Part shown: one piece after another, positions 50,556-60,057 of the stretch
Layout: each line of letters begins with the position of its first letter
Numbering within the stretch: the stretch's first letter is position 1
NCBI GenBank assembly: GCA_052090925.1
Contig: JBQDBM010000012.1
Span: forward strand, 6,679 to 70,678
DNA from: Leucobacter sp.
GTDB taxonomy: Bacteria > Actinomycetota > Actinomycetes > Actinomycetales > Microbacteriaceae
Length of the DNA stretch: 64,000 nt
Reading direction: 5' to 3'
Notes under the pieces: generated by a model
Told to the model about the DNA's origin: nothing
Databases searched by the model: none
Seen by the model: only the letters and a program-made list of their open reading frames with translations
Translations under genes and position numbers: made by a program

Positions 50556-52028
50556 ATGACGAACGCAACGACCGAGAAAACTAGCAAGCAGGTCGCGATT
50601 AACGATATCGGCTCCGCCGAGGACTTCCTTGCAGCGGTCGAGAAGACTCTAAAGTTCTTCAACGACGGTGACCTTATTGAAGGCACCGTAGTGAAGATTG
50701 ACCGCGACGAGGTGCTCCTCGACGTCGGTTACAAAACCGAGGGAGTCATCCCCTCGCGTGAGCTGTCCATCAAGCACGACATCAACCCCGACGAGGTTGT
50801 TGAGGTCGGCGATCCTGTTGAGGCACTCGTACTCCAGAAAGAGGACAAAGAGGGTCGCCTCATCCTCTCCAAGAAGCGTGCGCAGTACGAGCGCGCCTGG
50901 GGCGATGTGGAGAAGATCAAGGAGAGCGAGGGTGTCGTTACTGGCACCGTCATCGAGGTTGTGAAGGGTGGCTTGATTGTAGATATCGGCCTCCGCGGGT
51001 TCCTCCCCGCCTCCCTCATTGAGCTGCGCCGCGTGCGCGACCTCACACCCTACCTGGGTCAGGAAATCGAAGCGAAGATTCTCGAGCTCGACAAGAACCG
51101 GAATAACGTCGTGCTCTCGCGTCGTGCACTGCTCGAAGAGACGCAGTCGGCAACGCGCTCCTCGTTCCTCGCAGAGCTCAAGCCCGGTCAGGTTCGCAAG
51201 GGCGTTATCTCCTCGATCGTTAACTTCGGTGCGTTCGTTGACCTCGGCGGAGTTGACGGCCTGGTACACGTTTCCGAGCTCAGCTGGAAGCACATCGAGC
51301 ACGCATCAGACGTGGTCGAGGTGGGCCAGGAGGTTACCGTCGAGGTGCTCTCCGTCGAGCTGGACCGCGAGCGCGTTTCGCTGTCGTTGAAGGCTACTCA
51401 GGAAGATCCGTGGCAGGTCTTTGCGCGGACCCACGCGATCGGTCAGATCACACCGGGTGTTGTCACCAAGCTTGTACCGTTCGGCGCATTCGTTCGTGTC
51501 GCTGACGGCATTGAGGGCCTCGTGCACATCTCCGAGCTGTCAGGTCAGCACGTTGAGCTTGCTGAGCAGGTCGTTCAAGCCGGCCAGCAGGTCTTCGTCA
51601 AGATCATCGACATCGACCTTGAGCGCCGTCGCATCTCACTCAGCCTCAAGCAGGCGAACGAGGGTGTGGATCCCGAGGGCACCGAGTTCGACCCGGCTCT
51701 GTACGGCATGACCACAGAGTACGACGAGAACGGTGAGTACAAGTACCCTGAGGGCTTCGATCCTGAGACCCAGGAGTGGAAAGAGGGCTTCGAGAGCCAG
51801 CGCGAGAAGTGGGAGCAGGAATACGCTGCTGCACAGGAGCGTTGGGAAGCTCACAAGAAGCAGGTCGCAACTTCACTGGCCGAAGAGTCATCCACCCCGG
51901 CCCCCGCGGCACAGGCGGCGGGCTCCGGTGCAAGCGCGAGCGCGAGCGCGAGCGAGGCTTCGTCAGCCGGCACCCTTGCTGATGACGCAGCTCTTGCAGC
52001 TCTGAAGGAGCAGCTCGAGGGCAACTAG
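50556..52028 (+). CDS. rpsA: 30S ribosomal protein S1
   Basis: ORF 50433-52028. ATG 50556 gives MTNATTEKTSKQVAINDIGS. It has four S1 repeats (e.g. GTVVKIDRDEVLLDVGYKTEGVIP) and an acidic Ala/Ser-rich tail. Confidence 0.95.
   Translation: MTNATTEKTSKQVAINDIGSAEDFLAAVEKTLKFFNDGDLIEGTVVKIDRDEVLLDVGYKTEGVIPSRELSIKHDINPDEVVEVGDPVEALVLQKEDKEGRLILSKKRAQYERAWGDVEKIKESEGVVTGTVIEVVKGGLIVDIGLRGFLPASLIELRRVRDLTPYLGQEIEAKILELDKNRNNVVLSRRALLEETQSATRSSFLAELKPGQVRKGVISSIVNFGAFVDLGGVDGLVHVSELSWKHIEHASDVVEVGQEVTVEVLSVELDRERVSLSLKATQEDPWQVFARTHAIGQITPGVVTKLVPFGAFVRVADGIEGLVHISELSGQHVELAEQVVQAGQQVFVKIIDIDLERRRISLSLKQANEGVDPEGTEFDPALYGMTTEYDENGEYKYPEGFDPETQEWKEGFESQREKWEQEYAAAQERWEAHKKQVATSLAEESSTPAPAAQAAGSGASASASASEASSAGTLADDAALAALKEQLEGN
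51933..51956 (+). repeat. Hexanucleotide repeat (AGCGCG, 3 copies plus a degenerate fourth) inside the rpsA tail
   Basis: agcgcg agcgcg agcgcg agcgag encodes the ASASASASE segment. Confidence 0.85.
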
Positions 52029-52049
52029 TCCGAGTAACGCTTCACGCGT

Positions 52050-52088
52050 GTGAAAGCCCGGCCTCCATTCAGGAGGCCGGGCTTTCAC
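52050..52088. terminator. Hairpin with a perfect 17-bp stem between convergent rpsA and the DUF4126-like gene (bidirectional terminator candidate)
   Basis: GTGAAAGCCCGGCCTCC attca GGAGGCCGGGCTTTCAC. It starts 22 nt after the rpsA stop and ends 41 nt before the end of the minus-strand ORF. Confidence 0.7.
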
Positions 52089-52128
52089 ATATCGGACGAC
52101 CAGTTGGGTGATCATTGCGTCGCCCAAA

Positions 52129-52743
52129 TTACCCGGTGGTTATAGTCGAGTCATGCTCGGCTGTCCGGCGCGCGGCTCGTGCGCGGCGTAGACGGCGACT
52201 GAGCAGAACGACGGTGACCACTGCCAACATAACGGCAAGAACGGGAGCCAGTACCGCTAACACAGTGAGTACGACAGCGCCGGCATCTTCAAGCGTGCTC
52301 ATAACTGCCGCACTGGCACCCGCGGAAAGTACATTCAGTATGGGTCTCGCGAGAGCTTTCAATACGTGCGGGACAAGCGCAACACCTACACCGATGAGGA
52401 ATGGCCACACCTGTGCGGAGGTCACGAACGCTGCGGGGTCGGTAACCGCAACCGTGTGACTCGCAGACCCAGCGGAGAATACGAGACCCCCAGACGCTGG
52501 CCTGATGAGCGTCTGCAGTACGTCATTAAACGTGTCAAGCACCGGAAATTTGTCGACGAGCACCTCGATAGCGAGTAGTAGGCCAACGACGCTCATCACC
52601 CACCCATTCTCTAACCAAAGCCAGGCCTCGGGCAGTTGTATGAGCTCGGTGAAGCGAGAGAGCAGGGCGATACCCAACAGCGGCACATATGCGTTGAGTC
52701 CCGCCGCGGTGGCAAGTACGCCACCAGTAATTATCTCGAGCAT
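52129..52743 (-). CDS. DUF4126-like integral membrane protein (hypothetical)
   Basis: ORF 52129-52746. GGGGAGG precedes the GTG-ATG pair, and ATG 52743 is preferred. It is polytopic, with TGGVLATAAGLNAYVPLLGIALL and FPVLDTFNDVLQT patterns. Confidence 0.65.
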   Translation of the reverse strand: MLEIITGGVLATAAGLNAYVPLLGIALLSRFTELIQLPEAWLWLENGWVMSVVGLLLAIEVLVDKFPVLDTFNDVLQTLIRPASGGLVFSAGSASHTVAVTDPAAFVTSAQVWPFLIGVGVALVPHVLKALARPILNVLSAGASAAVMSTLEDAGAVVLTVLAVLAPVLAVMLAVVTVVLLSRRLRRARAARRTAEHDSTITTG

Positions 52744-52781
52744 CACGGCCTCCCCGATAACCAGTGTAAGCAGATGCGCTG

Positions 52782-52787
52782 TAGAGT
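52782..52787 (+). promoter_or_regulatory. Candidate -10 hexamer TAGAGT, 7 nt upstream of the coaE GTG 52795
   Basis: Fits TANNNT. The gap is cgctctc. Confidence 0.35.
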
Positions 52788-52794
52788 CGCTCTC

Positions 52795-53388
52795 GTGACA
52801 CTTATAGGATTGACCGGAGGCATCGCGTCCGGAAAGTCGACCATTGGTGAGCGGCTCGAGCAGCTGGGAGCTGTGCGCATTGACGCTGATCAGCTGGCGC
52901 GTGAAGCAGTCATTCCCGGCTCACCCGGTCTCGCGCAGATTCAGGCGCATTTCGGCGACGTCATACTGCCAGACGGCAGCCTTGACCGTACGGGACTCGG
53001 GCGCCTCATATTTCGCGACTCGCGGGCGCGCGAGGCGCTGAACGACATCGTTCACCCGGAGGTGCGCCGACTTGCAGATCAACGGATCGCCGAAGCGCTA
53101 TCGGCAGACCCCGAGAAACCGGTCGTCTATGAAGTCCCACTACTTGTTGAGGCAGATGTTGCGATGCCGTGGAGCCACGTGGTGGTGGCTGATGCCCCTG
53201 CGGAAATACGACTACGCCGGTTAATGGACATTCGCGGTCTGAGTAGAGACGAAGCGAGCGGAAGAATTGCCAGTCAAGCGAGCGACGAAGCACGCCGTGC
53301 GGTTGCTGACGTGCTGATCGATACTGGTGGAACCATTGACCACACGCTCTCGCAGGTTGACAAGTTCTGGCGCGACATTACTCGCTAG
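52795..53388 (+). CDS. coaE: Dephospho-CoA kinase CoaE (short, single-domain form)
   Basis: ORF 52636-53388. GTG 52795 gives VTLIGLTGGIASGKST (P-loop). The upstream part of the track ORF overlaps the divergent membrane gene. Confidence 0.9.
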   Translation: MTLIGLTGGIASGKSTIGERLEQLGAVRIDADQLAREAVIPGSPGLAQIQAHFGDVILPDGSLDRTGLGRLIFRDSRAREALNDIVHPEVRRLADQRIAEALSADPEKPVVYEVPLLVEADVAMPWSHVVVADAPAEIRLRRLMDIRGLSRDEASGRIASQASDEARRAVADVLIDTGGTIDHTLSQVDKFWRDITR

Positions 53389-53996
53389 GGGCGCGTAAAC
53401 TCTGCGATCCAATCAAGCTGGAACTGGGCCATTGCGGCAATGAAGATGTAACAAAGCACAATAAATACCCAGCTCCAGCTATACAGCGACTGAAACAGCG
53501 ACTGCGCGCGGTCACCGAGAGCAATATCGCCGACCGCATGGGGGCGGAAGAACGAGACCCACCACAGCGGAATCATGACGGTCCAGATCACCATGCACCA
53601 GGGGCAGAGCGTGCCCAGCATAAAGATACTTTGATACGAGAGCCACCCGATGAAGACAAACCCTAGGAATAGCCCACCTTGGTAAAGCCACCAGAACCAA
53701 CGAGCGAACCTCGCTCCCGCGAGTATTGCGACGCCTACAGCGATGGGTGCCACAAAGGCCGCGAGGCCCAGGATGGTGTTGCTGAACCCTAGTAGCGAGC
53801 CCTGTGCGGAGTCCATGTTTGGCCCGCACGTCACGATAATGCTGATGTCACAATTCATCACATGATCGGGGTTCTTCAGTTTAGAAATGTACTCAGTTGC
53901 AAGCTCAAATGATGCGAACCAACCGATCGCGCCAAGCACGATACTCGCGATTGCAAAGACTCGAGATCGGGGCGATACAGCTGAGCGTGAGTTCAT
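53385..53996 (-). CDS. Vitamin K epoxide reductase (VKOR) family membrane protein
   Basis: 203-aa ORF with an early Cys pair (NCDISIIVTCGP), the CPWC redox motif in a TM segment, and five predicted TM segments. Its stop overlaps the coaE stop (cTAG). Confidence 0.75.
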   Translation of the reverse strand: MNSRSAVSPRSRVFAIASIVLGAIGWFASFELATEYISKLKNPDHVMNCDISIIVTCGPNMDSAQGSLLGFSNTILGLAAFVAPIAVGVAILAGARFARWFWWLYQGGLFLGFVFIGWLSYQSIFMLGTLCPWCMVIWTVMIPLWWVSFFRPHAVGDIALGDRAQSLFQSLYSWSWVFIVLCYIFIAAMAQFQLDWIAEFTRP

Positions 53997-54002
53997 AGTT
54001 CA

Positions 54003-54008
54003 ATATTA
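54003..54008 (-). promoter_or_regulatory. Candidate -10 hexamer TAATAT (minus strand), 6 nt upstream of the VKOR ATG 53996
   Basis: Fits TANNNT. The gap is tgaact. Confidence 0.4.
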
Positions 54009-54291
54009 GATCTCGCCTCGCTGAGAATTTGCCAGCGAGTGCTTCTCGCCAACCCGGACGTCTGGACACGAAGTTATCGAGCATCGTGCCATAATGGGTC
54101 TCGGTGCCCGACTTGACGATAAGTCCGGCACCTACAGTCTTTTGGTCACCGACTGGTGGCTGCCGGTCGATGGAAGACCGAGCGCGAAACACCCTTTCGC
54201 GGAGAGTTAACAGGAGCTGCGGCGATGAGTCGCACGAATAGGTTCCCGGGAGATTATGTATCCGTCCCGGGCATGAGGAGCACACCAGAAC

Positions 54292-56859
54292 ATGGTGAAT
54301 CAAGAACAACATGATGAAACGACAGGCGGGAACACGAACGAGGGAGCTGAAGCTGAGGTAGTTAGCACCTCGGCACCTGACACCGTTAAGACCGACGCCG
54401 CTGCCGCCTCACCCGAGGTCGAAGCGTCTGCGGAGGCTGCAAAGAAGCCCGATGCAGAGCCACTCGTACTGCCTCTGCATGAGCTGACAGCCGAGGAACG
54501 CTTTCGTGCGACGACGCGGATGATCTTCCTTGCACCGGATGTGCCACCGGTACTTCTCCGTCCACGACGGAACGAGTTCCGCCAGCTCGATGAGATACTT
54601 GATGAGCGTTACTCGACGGATGACGATGATCAAGATGCTCAGGCGGGGCGTCGGCGAAACCGTCGACGCTCAGGTCGTGGTGATGGCAATCACTCGGAAG
54701 AGGAGCCCACCCGCCGCCCGCAACAGCGTTCAGCACCGGTCGTGACGGAGCCCCAGAAGGTAAAGGGTTCAACGCGTCTCGAGGCGAAGAAACAGCGTCG
54801 CCGTGATGGTCGAGACGCCGGTCGCCGCCGAACGGTAATTACCGAGTCGGAGTTTCTGGCCCGTCGTGAGTCAGTCGACCGTGAGATGGTCGTTCGAACC
54901 ACTGCGGACCGCATTCAGATTGGTGTGCTGGAGGACAAAGTGCTGGTCGAGCACTATGTCGCGCGCTCAAGCGAATCCTCGATGATCGGCAACGTGTACC
55001 TTGGCCGGGTTCAAAACGTGCTTCCTAGCATGGAGGCAGCATTTGTCGACATTGGTCGGGGCCGCAACGCGGTGCTGTACTCGGGCGAAGTTGACTGGTC
55101 TGAATTTGAGGGCGGGAACGCCGCCCGCAAGATCGAAAACGCCTTGAAGCCCGGCGATCAAGTGCTGGTGCAGGTCACCAAAGACCCGGTCGGACACAAG
55201 GGCGCGCGCCTCACGAGTCAGATATCGCTACCTGGTCGCTTCCTCGTGTATGTTCCCGGCGGTGCGATGAACGGGATCTCGCGGAAGCTTCCAGACACGG
55301 AACGTGCGCGGCTGAAGAAGATCCTGAAAGAAGTTCTTCCGAGCGGTGCAGGTGTGATTGTGCGCACTGCTGCGGAGGGGGCCAGTGAAGAGCAGCTCAC
55401 CCACGACGTCGAACGGCTGACACGGCAGTGGGAGTCGATTCACGCACGCTCGAAGAACGATGGTGCACCGACACTCTTGCATTCTGAGCCCGACATGCTC
55501 ATCAAGATTGTGCGTGACGTCTTTAACGAGGACTTCCATAAGCTCGTCATCTCGGGGGACGACACTTACGCCACGATCGAGGGTTACCTCTCGCAGGTTG
55601 CTCCAGACCTGATGCAGAGGGTCGAACGCCACACGGCGGAGCGGGACATCTTTGACGAGTACCGCATCAATGAGCAGATCGCGAAAGCGCTGGATCGAAA
55701 AGCCTGGCTCCCATCGGGCGGCTCACTCGTGATAGACCGCACTGAGGCGATGACCGTCATTGACGTCAACACCGGAAAGTTCGTTGGGTCAGGCGGAAAC
55801 CTCGAAGAAACCGTGACGAAGAACAACCTTGAGGCTGCTGAGGAGATTGTGCGTCAGCTCCGTCTGCGCGATATCGGTGGAATCATCGTGATCGACTTCA
55901 TCGATATGGTGCTTGAATCCAACCGTGATCTCGTCTTGCGTAGGCTTGTCGAGTGCCTGAGCCGAGACCGCACGAAACACCAGGTCGCAGAGGTGACTTC
56001 GCTTGGCCTCGTACAGATGACTCGCAAGAAGTTAGGCCTCGGGCTGCTCGAATCATTCAGCGAGGCGTGCGAGACGTGCGCAGGGCGCGGGATCATCGTC
56101 CACCACGAGCCCGTATCGAAGCACGGAAACGGCGGAGGAGCGTCGCGCGGCAAGCGGAAGAGCTCACCACCCGCGCAACAGTCGAGCCAGGCCCATGCAA
56201 TTAGTGATGGTGCAAAGAATATGCTTGCCCAGGTTGCAGCCTCGACTATCGGTTCGAAACCAGAAGATTCGGACACGCAGGACGTGCAGCAGATACAAGC
56301 GTCCCAGCAGGCGCAGCCTACGACGAAAGACAGTTCCGTTGCAGAGGCACAAACTGAACAATCGACTGGTGTGCAACGGGCTAGTGCCGAGCAGCCGGTG
56401 AACGATCGGGCAAAACGTTCGCGCTCACGACGTGTGACGCAGGCACCGACGTCGATCGACACGAGCACTGAACAGAGCGAAGTGCCGAGCAGCACTGGAG
56501 TGAATTCCAATCCCGCTGTGCCGGCGGCTGACCCGGTAGCTGCACCGGTGGAGGACGCGAAGAACGCTTCCTCACTCCTGGATTCAGTGCTGAATGCGCT
56601 CCCGGAGTTTCCTTCGGCGAAGAAGAGTCGCACGCGAGGTCGGCGGGTGACCACGCAGCAGGTGTCACCACCATCAGTGTCAGAACGGAGTGTTGACACA
56701 CAGCTGGGCGAGGCGGATCCTGACGATTCAGGGAGCAGTGGAGCGAGTGCAGCTGGGGAGCCGGCTGAGAAAAGTGAAGCATCGGCGGGTCCGGCGGAGA
56801 GTGCCAGAATTGCACTGGATGCGGCACTCGATGCAACCGCGAAGCAGAAAAACACGTAG
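54292..56859 (+). CDS. rne: Ribonuclease E/G family endoribonuclease (RNase E)
   Basis: 855-aa ORF. A central catalytic core carries an S1 domain (GNVYLGRVQNVLPSMEAAFVDIG) and VIDVNTGKF. It is flanked by Arg-rich and acidic disordered N- and C-terminal regions. GAGGAG lies 11 nt before the ATG. Confidence 0.9.
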   Translation: MVNQEQHDETTGGNTNEGAEAEVVSTSAPDTVKTDAAAASPEVEASAEAAKKPDAEPLVLPLHELTAEERFRATTRMIFLAPDVPPVLLRPRRNEFRQLDEILDERYSTDDDDQDAQAGRRRNRRRSGRGDGNHSEEEPTRRPQQRSAPVVTEPQKVKGSTRLEAKKQRRRDGRDAGRRRTVITESEFLARRESVDREMVVRTTADRIQIGVLEDKVLVEHYVARSSESSMIGNVYLGRVQNVLPSMEAAFVDIGRGRNAVLYSGEVDWSEFEGGNAARKIENALKPGDQVLVQVTKDPVGHKGARLTSQISLPGRFLVYVPGGAMNGISRKLPDTERARLKKILKEVLPSGAGVIVRTAAEGASEEQLTHDVERLTRQWESIHARSKNDGAPTLLHSEPDMLIKIVRDVFNEDFHKLVISGDDTYATIEGYLSQVAPDLMQRVERHTAERDIFDEYRINEQIAKALDRKAWLPSGGSLVIDRTEAMTVIDVNTGKFVGSGGNLEETVTKNNLEAAEEIVRQLRLRDIGGIIVIDFIDMVLESNRDLVLRRLVECLSRDRTKHQVAEVTSLGLVQMTRKKLGLGLLESFSEACETCAGRGIIVHHEPVSKHGNGGGASRGKRKSSPPAQQSSQAHAISDGAKNMLAQVAASTIGSKPEDSDTQDVQQIQASQQAQPTTKDSSVAEAQTEQSTGVQRASAEQPVNDRAKRSRSRRVTQAPTSIDTSTEQSEVPSSTGVNSNPAVPAADPVAAPVEDAKNASSLLDSVLNALPEFPSAKKSRTRGRRVTTQQVSPPSVSERSVDTQLGEADPDDSGSSGASAAGEPAEKSEASAGPAESARIALDAALDATAKQKNT

Positions 56860-56886
56860 AAACGGGCGACACGCGGCCGGCCTCAT

Positions 56887-56916
56887 TTGACCCATACCAG
56901 GGATTCGAGATATTAT
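56887..56916 (+). promoter_or_regulatory. Strong sigma-70-type promoter candidate: TTGACC, 18-nt spacer, TATTAT
   Basis: The -35 is TTGACC at 56887-56892 and the -10 is TATTAT at 56911-56916. It lies about 150 nt upstream of the rplU start. Confidence 0.55.
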
Positions 56917-57066
56917 TGAGTGTTGGCGCTGCCTGCATGGGCGGCGTGATGGTGAACAACGCTTGGGCTCTCGTAATGGGCGGCTCGCAGTTCGCCCCTC
57001 AATCATTCAGGCCCGTCGTGAGTTGTGGACTGAAATGTACGACTACCTCTAAGAAAAGGGTGACAA

Positions 57067-57375
57067 GTGGTTTACGCAGTAGTGCGCGCCGGCGGGCGAC
57101 AGGAGAAGGTCGAGGTTGGCTCGATCATCACGGTTAACCGTGTGGCGGGTGACGCAAAGGGCAAGCTTGAGCTTCCCGCAGTCCTGTTCGTCGACGGTGA
57201 CCAGGTGACCACAGACGCAGCAAAGCTTTCCAAGATCAAGGTCACGGCTGAGGTGCTCGATGACCTCCGCGGTCCAAAGATCGTGATCCAGCGTTACAAG
57301 AACAAGACCGGCTACAAGTCCCGCCAGGGGCATCGCCAAGACCTGACCCGTCTCAAGGTCACCGGCATCAAGTAA
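57067..57375 (+). CDS. rplU: 50S ribosomal protein L21
   Basis: 102-aa ORF beginning [19 protein letters not shown]... Confidence 0.95.
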   Translation: MVYAVVRAGGRQEKVEVGSIITVNRVAGDAKGKLELPAVLFVDGDQVTTDAAKLSKIKVTAEVLDDLRGPKIVIQRYKNKTGYKSRQGHRQDLTRLKVTGIK

Positions 57376-57410
57376 TCGCCTCAGGCATCGACTTAAGGAG
57401 TTAGAGACTC

Positions 57411-57665
57411 ATGGCATCAAAGAAGGGCGTTAGCTCTACGAAGAACGGCCGCGACTCGAACGCACAGCGTCTCGGCGTGAAGCGCTTCGGCGGACAGGCT
57501 GTGAACGCAGGCGAGATCCTGGTTCGACAGCGTGGCACCCACTTCCACCCCGGCGCTAATGTCGGCCGTGGAAAAGACGACACGCTGTTCGCGCTTGCCG
57601 CGGGTGCCGTGGAATTCGGCGCTAAGGGTGGCCGTAACGTTGTGAACGTGGTCTCAGCCAGCTGA
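57411..57665 (+). CDS. rpmA: 50S ribosomal protein L27
   Basis: 84-aa ORF: [29 protein letters not shown]...GTHFHPG. Confidence 0.95.
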   Translation: MASKKGVSSTKNGRDSNAQRLGVKRFGGQAVNAGEILVRQRGTHFHPGANVGRGKDDTLFALAAGAVEFGAKGGRNVVNVVSAS

Positions 57666-57729
57666 GGCTGAAGACGATAGGCAAGGCGGGCTTCGGCTCG
57701 CCTTTTGCCGTATATAGGGAGATACAAAC

Positions 57730-59235
57730 ATGGTGACGTTCGTGGACCGAGTGCAGGTACATCTGCAGGCAGGTCGCGGCGGCGACGGCTGTGTCTCAGT
57801 GCGACGTGAAAAGTTCAAGCCACTCGCGGGGCCTGACGGCGGCAACGGTGGTCACGGTGGCGACCTCGTATTCGTCGCCGACACCCAAGTCACCACCCTG
57901 CTCGACTTTCACCGTCGCCCACACCGCACCGCCGAACACGGAGAAGCCGGTAAGGGGGACAACCGTGACGGACCCCACGGTGGCCCGCTCACCCTGACTG
58001 TTCCCGTGGGCACCGTGGTGAAAGATGCTGCTGGCGAGATTCTCGTGGATTTGAGGGAGCCGGGCACCCGCTTCGTCGCAGCCAAAGGCGGCATCGGCGG
58101 CTTAGGAAACGCAGCGCTAGCGAGTATGAAGCGGAAGGCCCCGGGTTTTGCGCTTCTCGGGACATCTGGTGGTGGCGGGACCGTCACACTCGAACTCAAG
58201 TCCATCGCGGATGTCGCGCTTGTCGGCTACCCATCTGCTGGTAAGTCGAGCCTGATCGCCGCACTGAGCGCGGCACGACCGAAGATCGCTGACTATCCGT
58301 TCACCACCCTGCACCCGAATCTCGGGGTTGTACAGATAGAGGAGCATCGCTTCACTGTTGCCGACGTACCAGGCCTCATCGAGGGAGCGAGTGAGGGCAA
58401 GGGCCTCGGGCTCGACTTCCTCAGACACGTTGAGCGGTGCAGCGCGCTGCTTCATGTGATCGACTGCGCCACTTTGGAGCCCGGACGGGACCCTTTGAGC
58501 GACCTTGAAGCAATTCGTCGGGAACTCGCGGCGTATCCCGTGCCCGAAGGTCAAGTGCCTCTGCTCGAGCGCCCACAACTCGTCGCACTCAATAAAATTG
58601 ATGTGCCAGAGGCTCGGGAGCTTGCTGAGTTTGTGCGACCCGAGCTTGAGCAGCTCGGGTATCGGGTGTTTGAGATCTCGACCGTTGCGCACGAGGGGCT
58701 CCGTGAACTCAGCTTCGCCATGGCGGGTCTCGTCGAAGAAGCGCGTGAGCGCGAAGCCGCGGGCATTGATGAGAAGCCACGGGTCGTGCTCACTCCAAAG
58801 GCGGTAAACGAAAGCGGGTTCCGTGTCGACACCGAAGGCGGGACTTACGGCACGATTTACCGTGTGACAGGCACGAAGCCTGAGCGGTGGGTCGAACAGA
58901 CCGACTTCGCGAACGACGAAGCCGTCGGATACCTCGCGGATCGATTGCAGAAACTTGGTATCGAGAATGCACTGATCAAGGCAGGTGCGATCGCCGGTTC
59001 TACGGTCGTTATTGGGCCGGGCGATGGTGTGATTTTTGACTGGGAGCCCACGGTCACGACTGCTGCAGAGGTCCAGATGGGAGCTCGAGGATCTGATTTC
59101 CGAATGGATCAGAGTGAACGTCGCACGAACAAGGAGCGTCGCACTGACTACCATTCACTGATGGATGCGAAAGCGACAGCTCGCGAGGAGTTGGAGCGAG
59201 AGCGAGCGGCTGGTCTGTGGGAAGATGAGTCATGA
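57730..59235 (+). CDS. obg: GTPase Obg/CgtA
   Basis: 501-aa ORF with an Obg fold ([26 protein letters not shown]), G1 [10 protein letters not shown]3 [10 protein letters not shown] and an actinobacterial-type C-terminal domain. Confidence 0.95.
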   Translation: MVTFVDRVQVHLQAGRGGDGCVSVRREKFKPLAGPDGGNGGHGGDLVFVADTQVTTLLDFHRRPHRTAEHGEAGKGDNRDGPHGGPLTLTVPVGTVVKDAAGEILVDLREPGTRFVAAKGGIGGLGNAALASMKRKAPGFALLGTSGGGGTVTLELKSIADVALVGYPSAGKSSLIAALSAARPKIADYPFTTLHPNLGVVQIEEHRFTVADVPGLIEGASEGKGLGLDFLRHVERCSALLHVIDCATLEPGRDPLSDLEAIRRELAAYPVPEGQVPLLERPQLVALNKIDVPEARELAEFVRPELEQLGYRVFEISTVAHEGLRELSFAMAGLVEEAREREAAGIDEKPRVVLTPKAVNESGFRVDTEGGTYGTIYRVTGTKPERWVEQTDFANDEAVGYLADRLQKLGIENALIKAGAIAGSTVVIGPGDGVIFDWEPTVTTAAEVQMGARGSDFRMDQSERRTNKERRTDYHSLMDAKATAREELERERAAGLWEDES

Positions 59236-60020
59236 GCTTGAATGACGATCTGTTCGGAGCCCGACGAATCGTTGTCAAGGTCGGATCTTCCTCTGTCAGC
59301 GGGGATAACGCTGGCCAAATTCCCACCCTTGTAGGGTCGTTGGCTCGATTGCACGAGTCCGGGTCTGAGGTGATCCTGGTGTCAAGTGGAGCTATTGCAA
59401 CGGGAGTTCCGTTTCTGCGGCTCGATGGTCGTCCCAGTGACCTTGCAACCCAGCAGGCCGCCGCGGCGGTCGGTCAAAATATTCTGGTGAATCGGTATCA
59501 GCGCGCGTTGAACAGCCACGAGATCATCGGCGGTCAGGTGCTGCTTACTGCTCACGATATGGAGAACCCGACCCACCGAGGGAACGCGAAGCGGTCGATC
59601 GAACGGTTGCTGCAACTGGGGATCTTGCCGATTATCAATGAGAACGACACGGTCGCAACGCACGAGATTCGCTTTGGTGACAATGATCGACTCGCGGCGC
59701 TTGTCGCTCGCTTGATTGGCGCAGATGAACTCGTGCTGCTGTCTGATGTTGATGCACTGTATACCGCGCCGCCAACACTACCGGGCGCGAAGCGTATTGT
59801 GACAGTTGCGTATGGGGACGAACTCGAGGGTGTCGAGATTGGTGAGGCACAGTCTGGCTGGGGCACGGGAGGTGCTCTCACTAAGGTTGAGGCAGCCAAG
59901 CTCGCTACCGAGGCCGGGACAGCTGTGCTCCTCACTGAGACGAGGCTGCTTCCGACCGCGCTCGACGGGGGAGACGTTGGCACAAGGTTTTATGCGAAGC
60001 CCGGCGGGACACCCGAATAG
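59232..60020 (+). CDS. proB: Glutamate 5-kinase ProB (kinase domain only, no PUA domain)
   Basis: 262-aa ORF with [21 protein letters not shown] and NENDTVAT motifs. Its ATGA start overlaps the obg stop. Confidence 0.9.
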   Translation: MSLNDDLFGARRIVVKVGSSSVSGDNAGQIPTLVGSLARLHESGSEVILVSSGAIATGVPFLRLDGRPSDLATQQAAAAVGQNILVNRYQRALNSHEIIGGQVLLTAHDMENPTHRGNAKRSIERLLQLGILPIINENDTVATHEIRFGDNDRLAALVARLIGADELVLLSDVDALYTAPPTLPGAKRIVTVAYGDELEGVEIGEAQSGWGTGGALTKVEAAKLATEAGTAVLLTETRLLPTALDGGDVGTRFYAKPGGTPE

Positions 60021-60057
60021 CACTGCCGAGTAGGGTCACGGGGCTAAGCTTGAGAGT

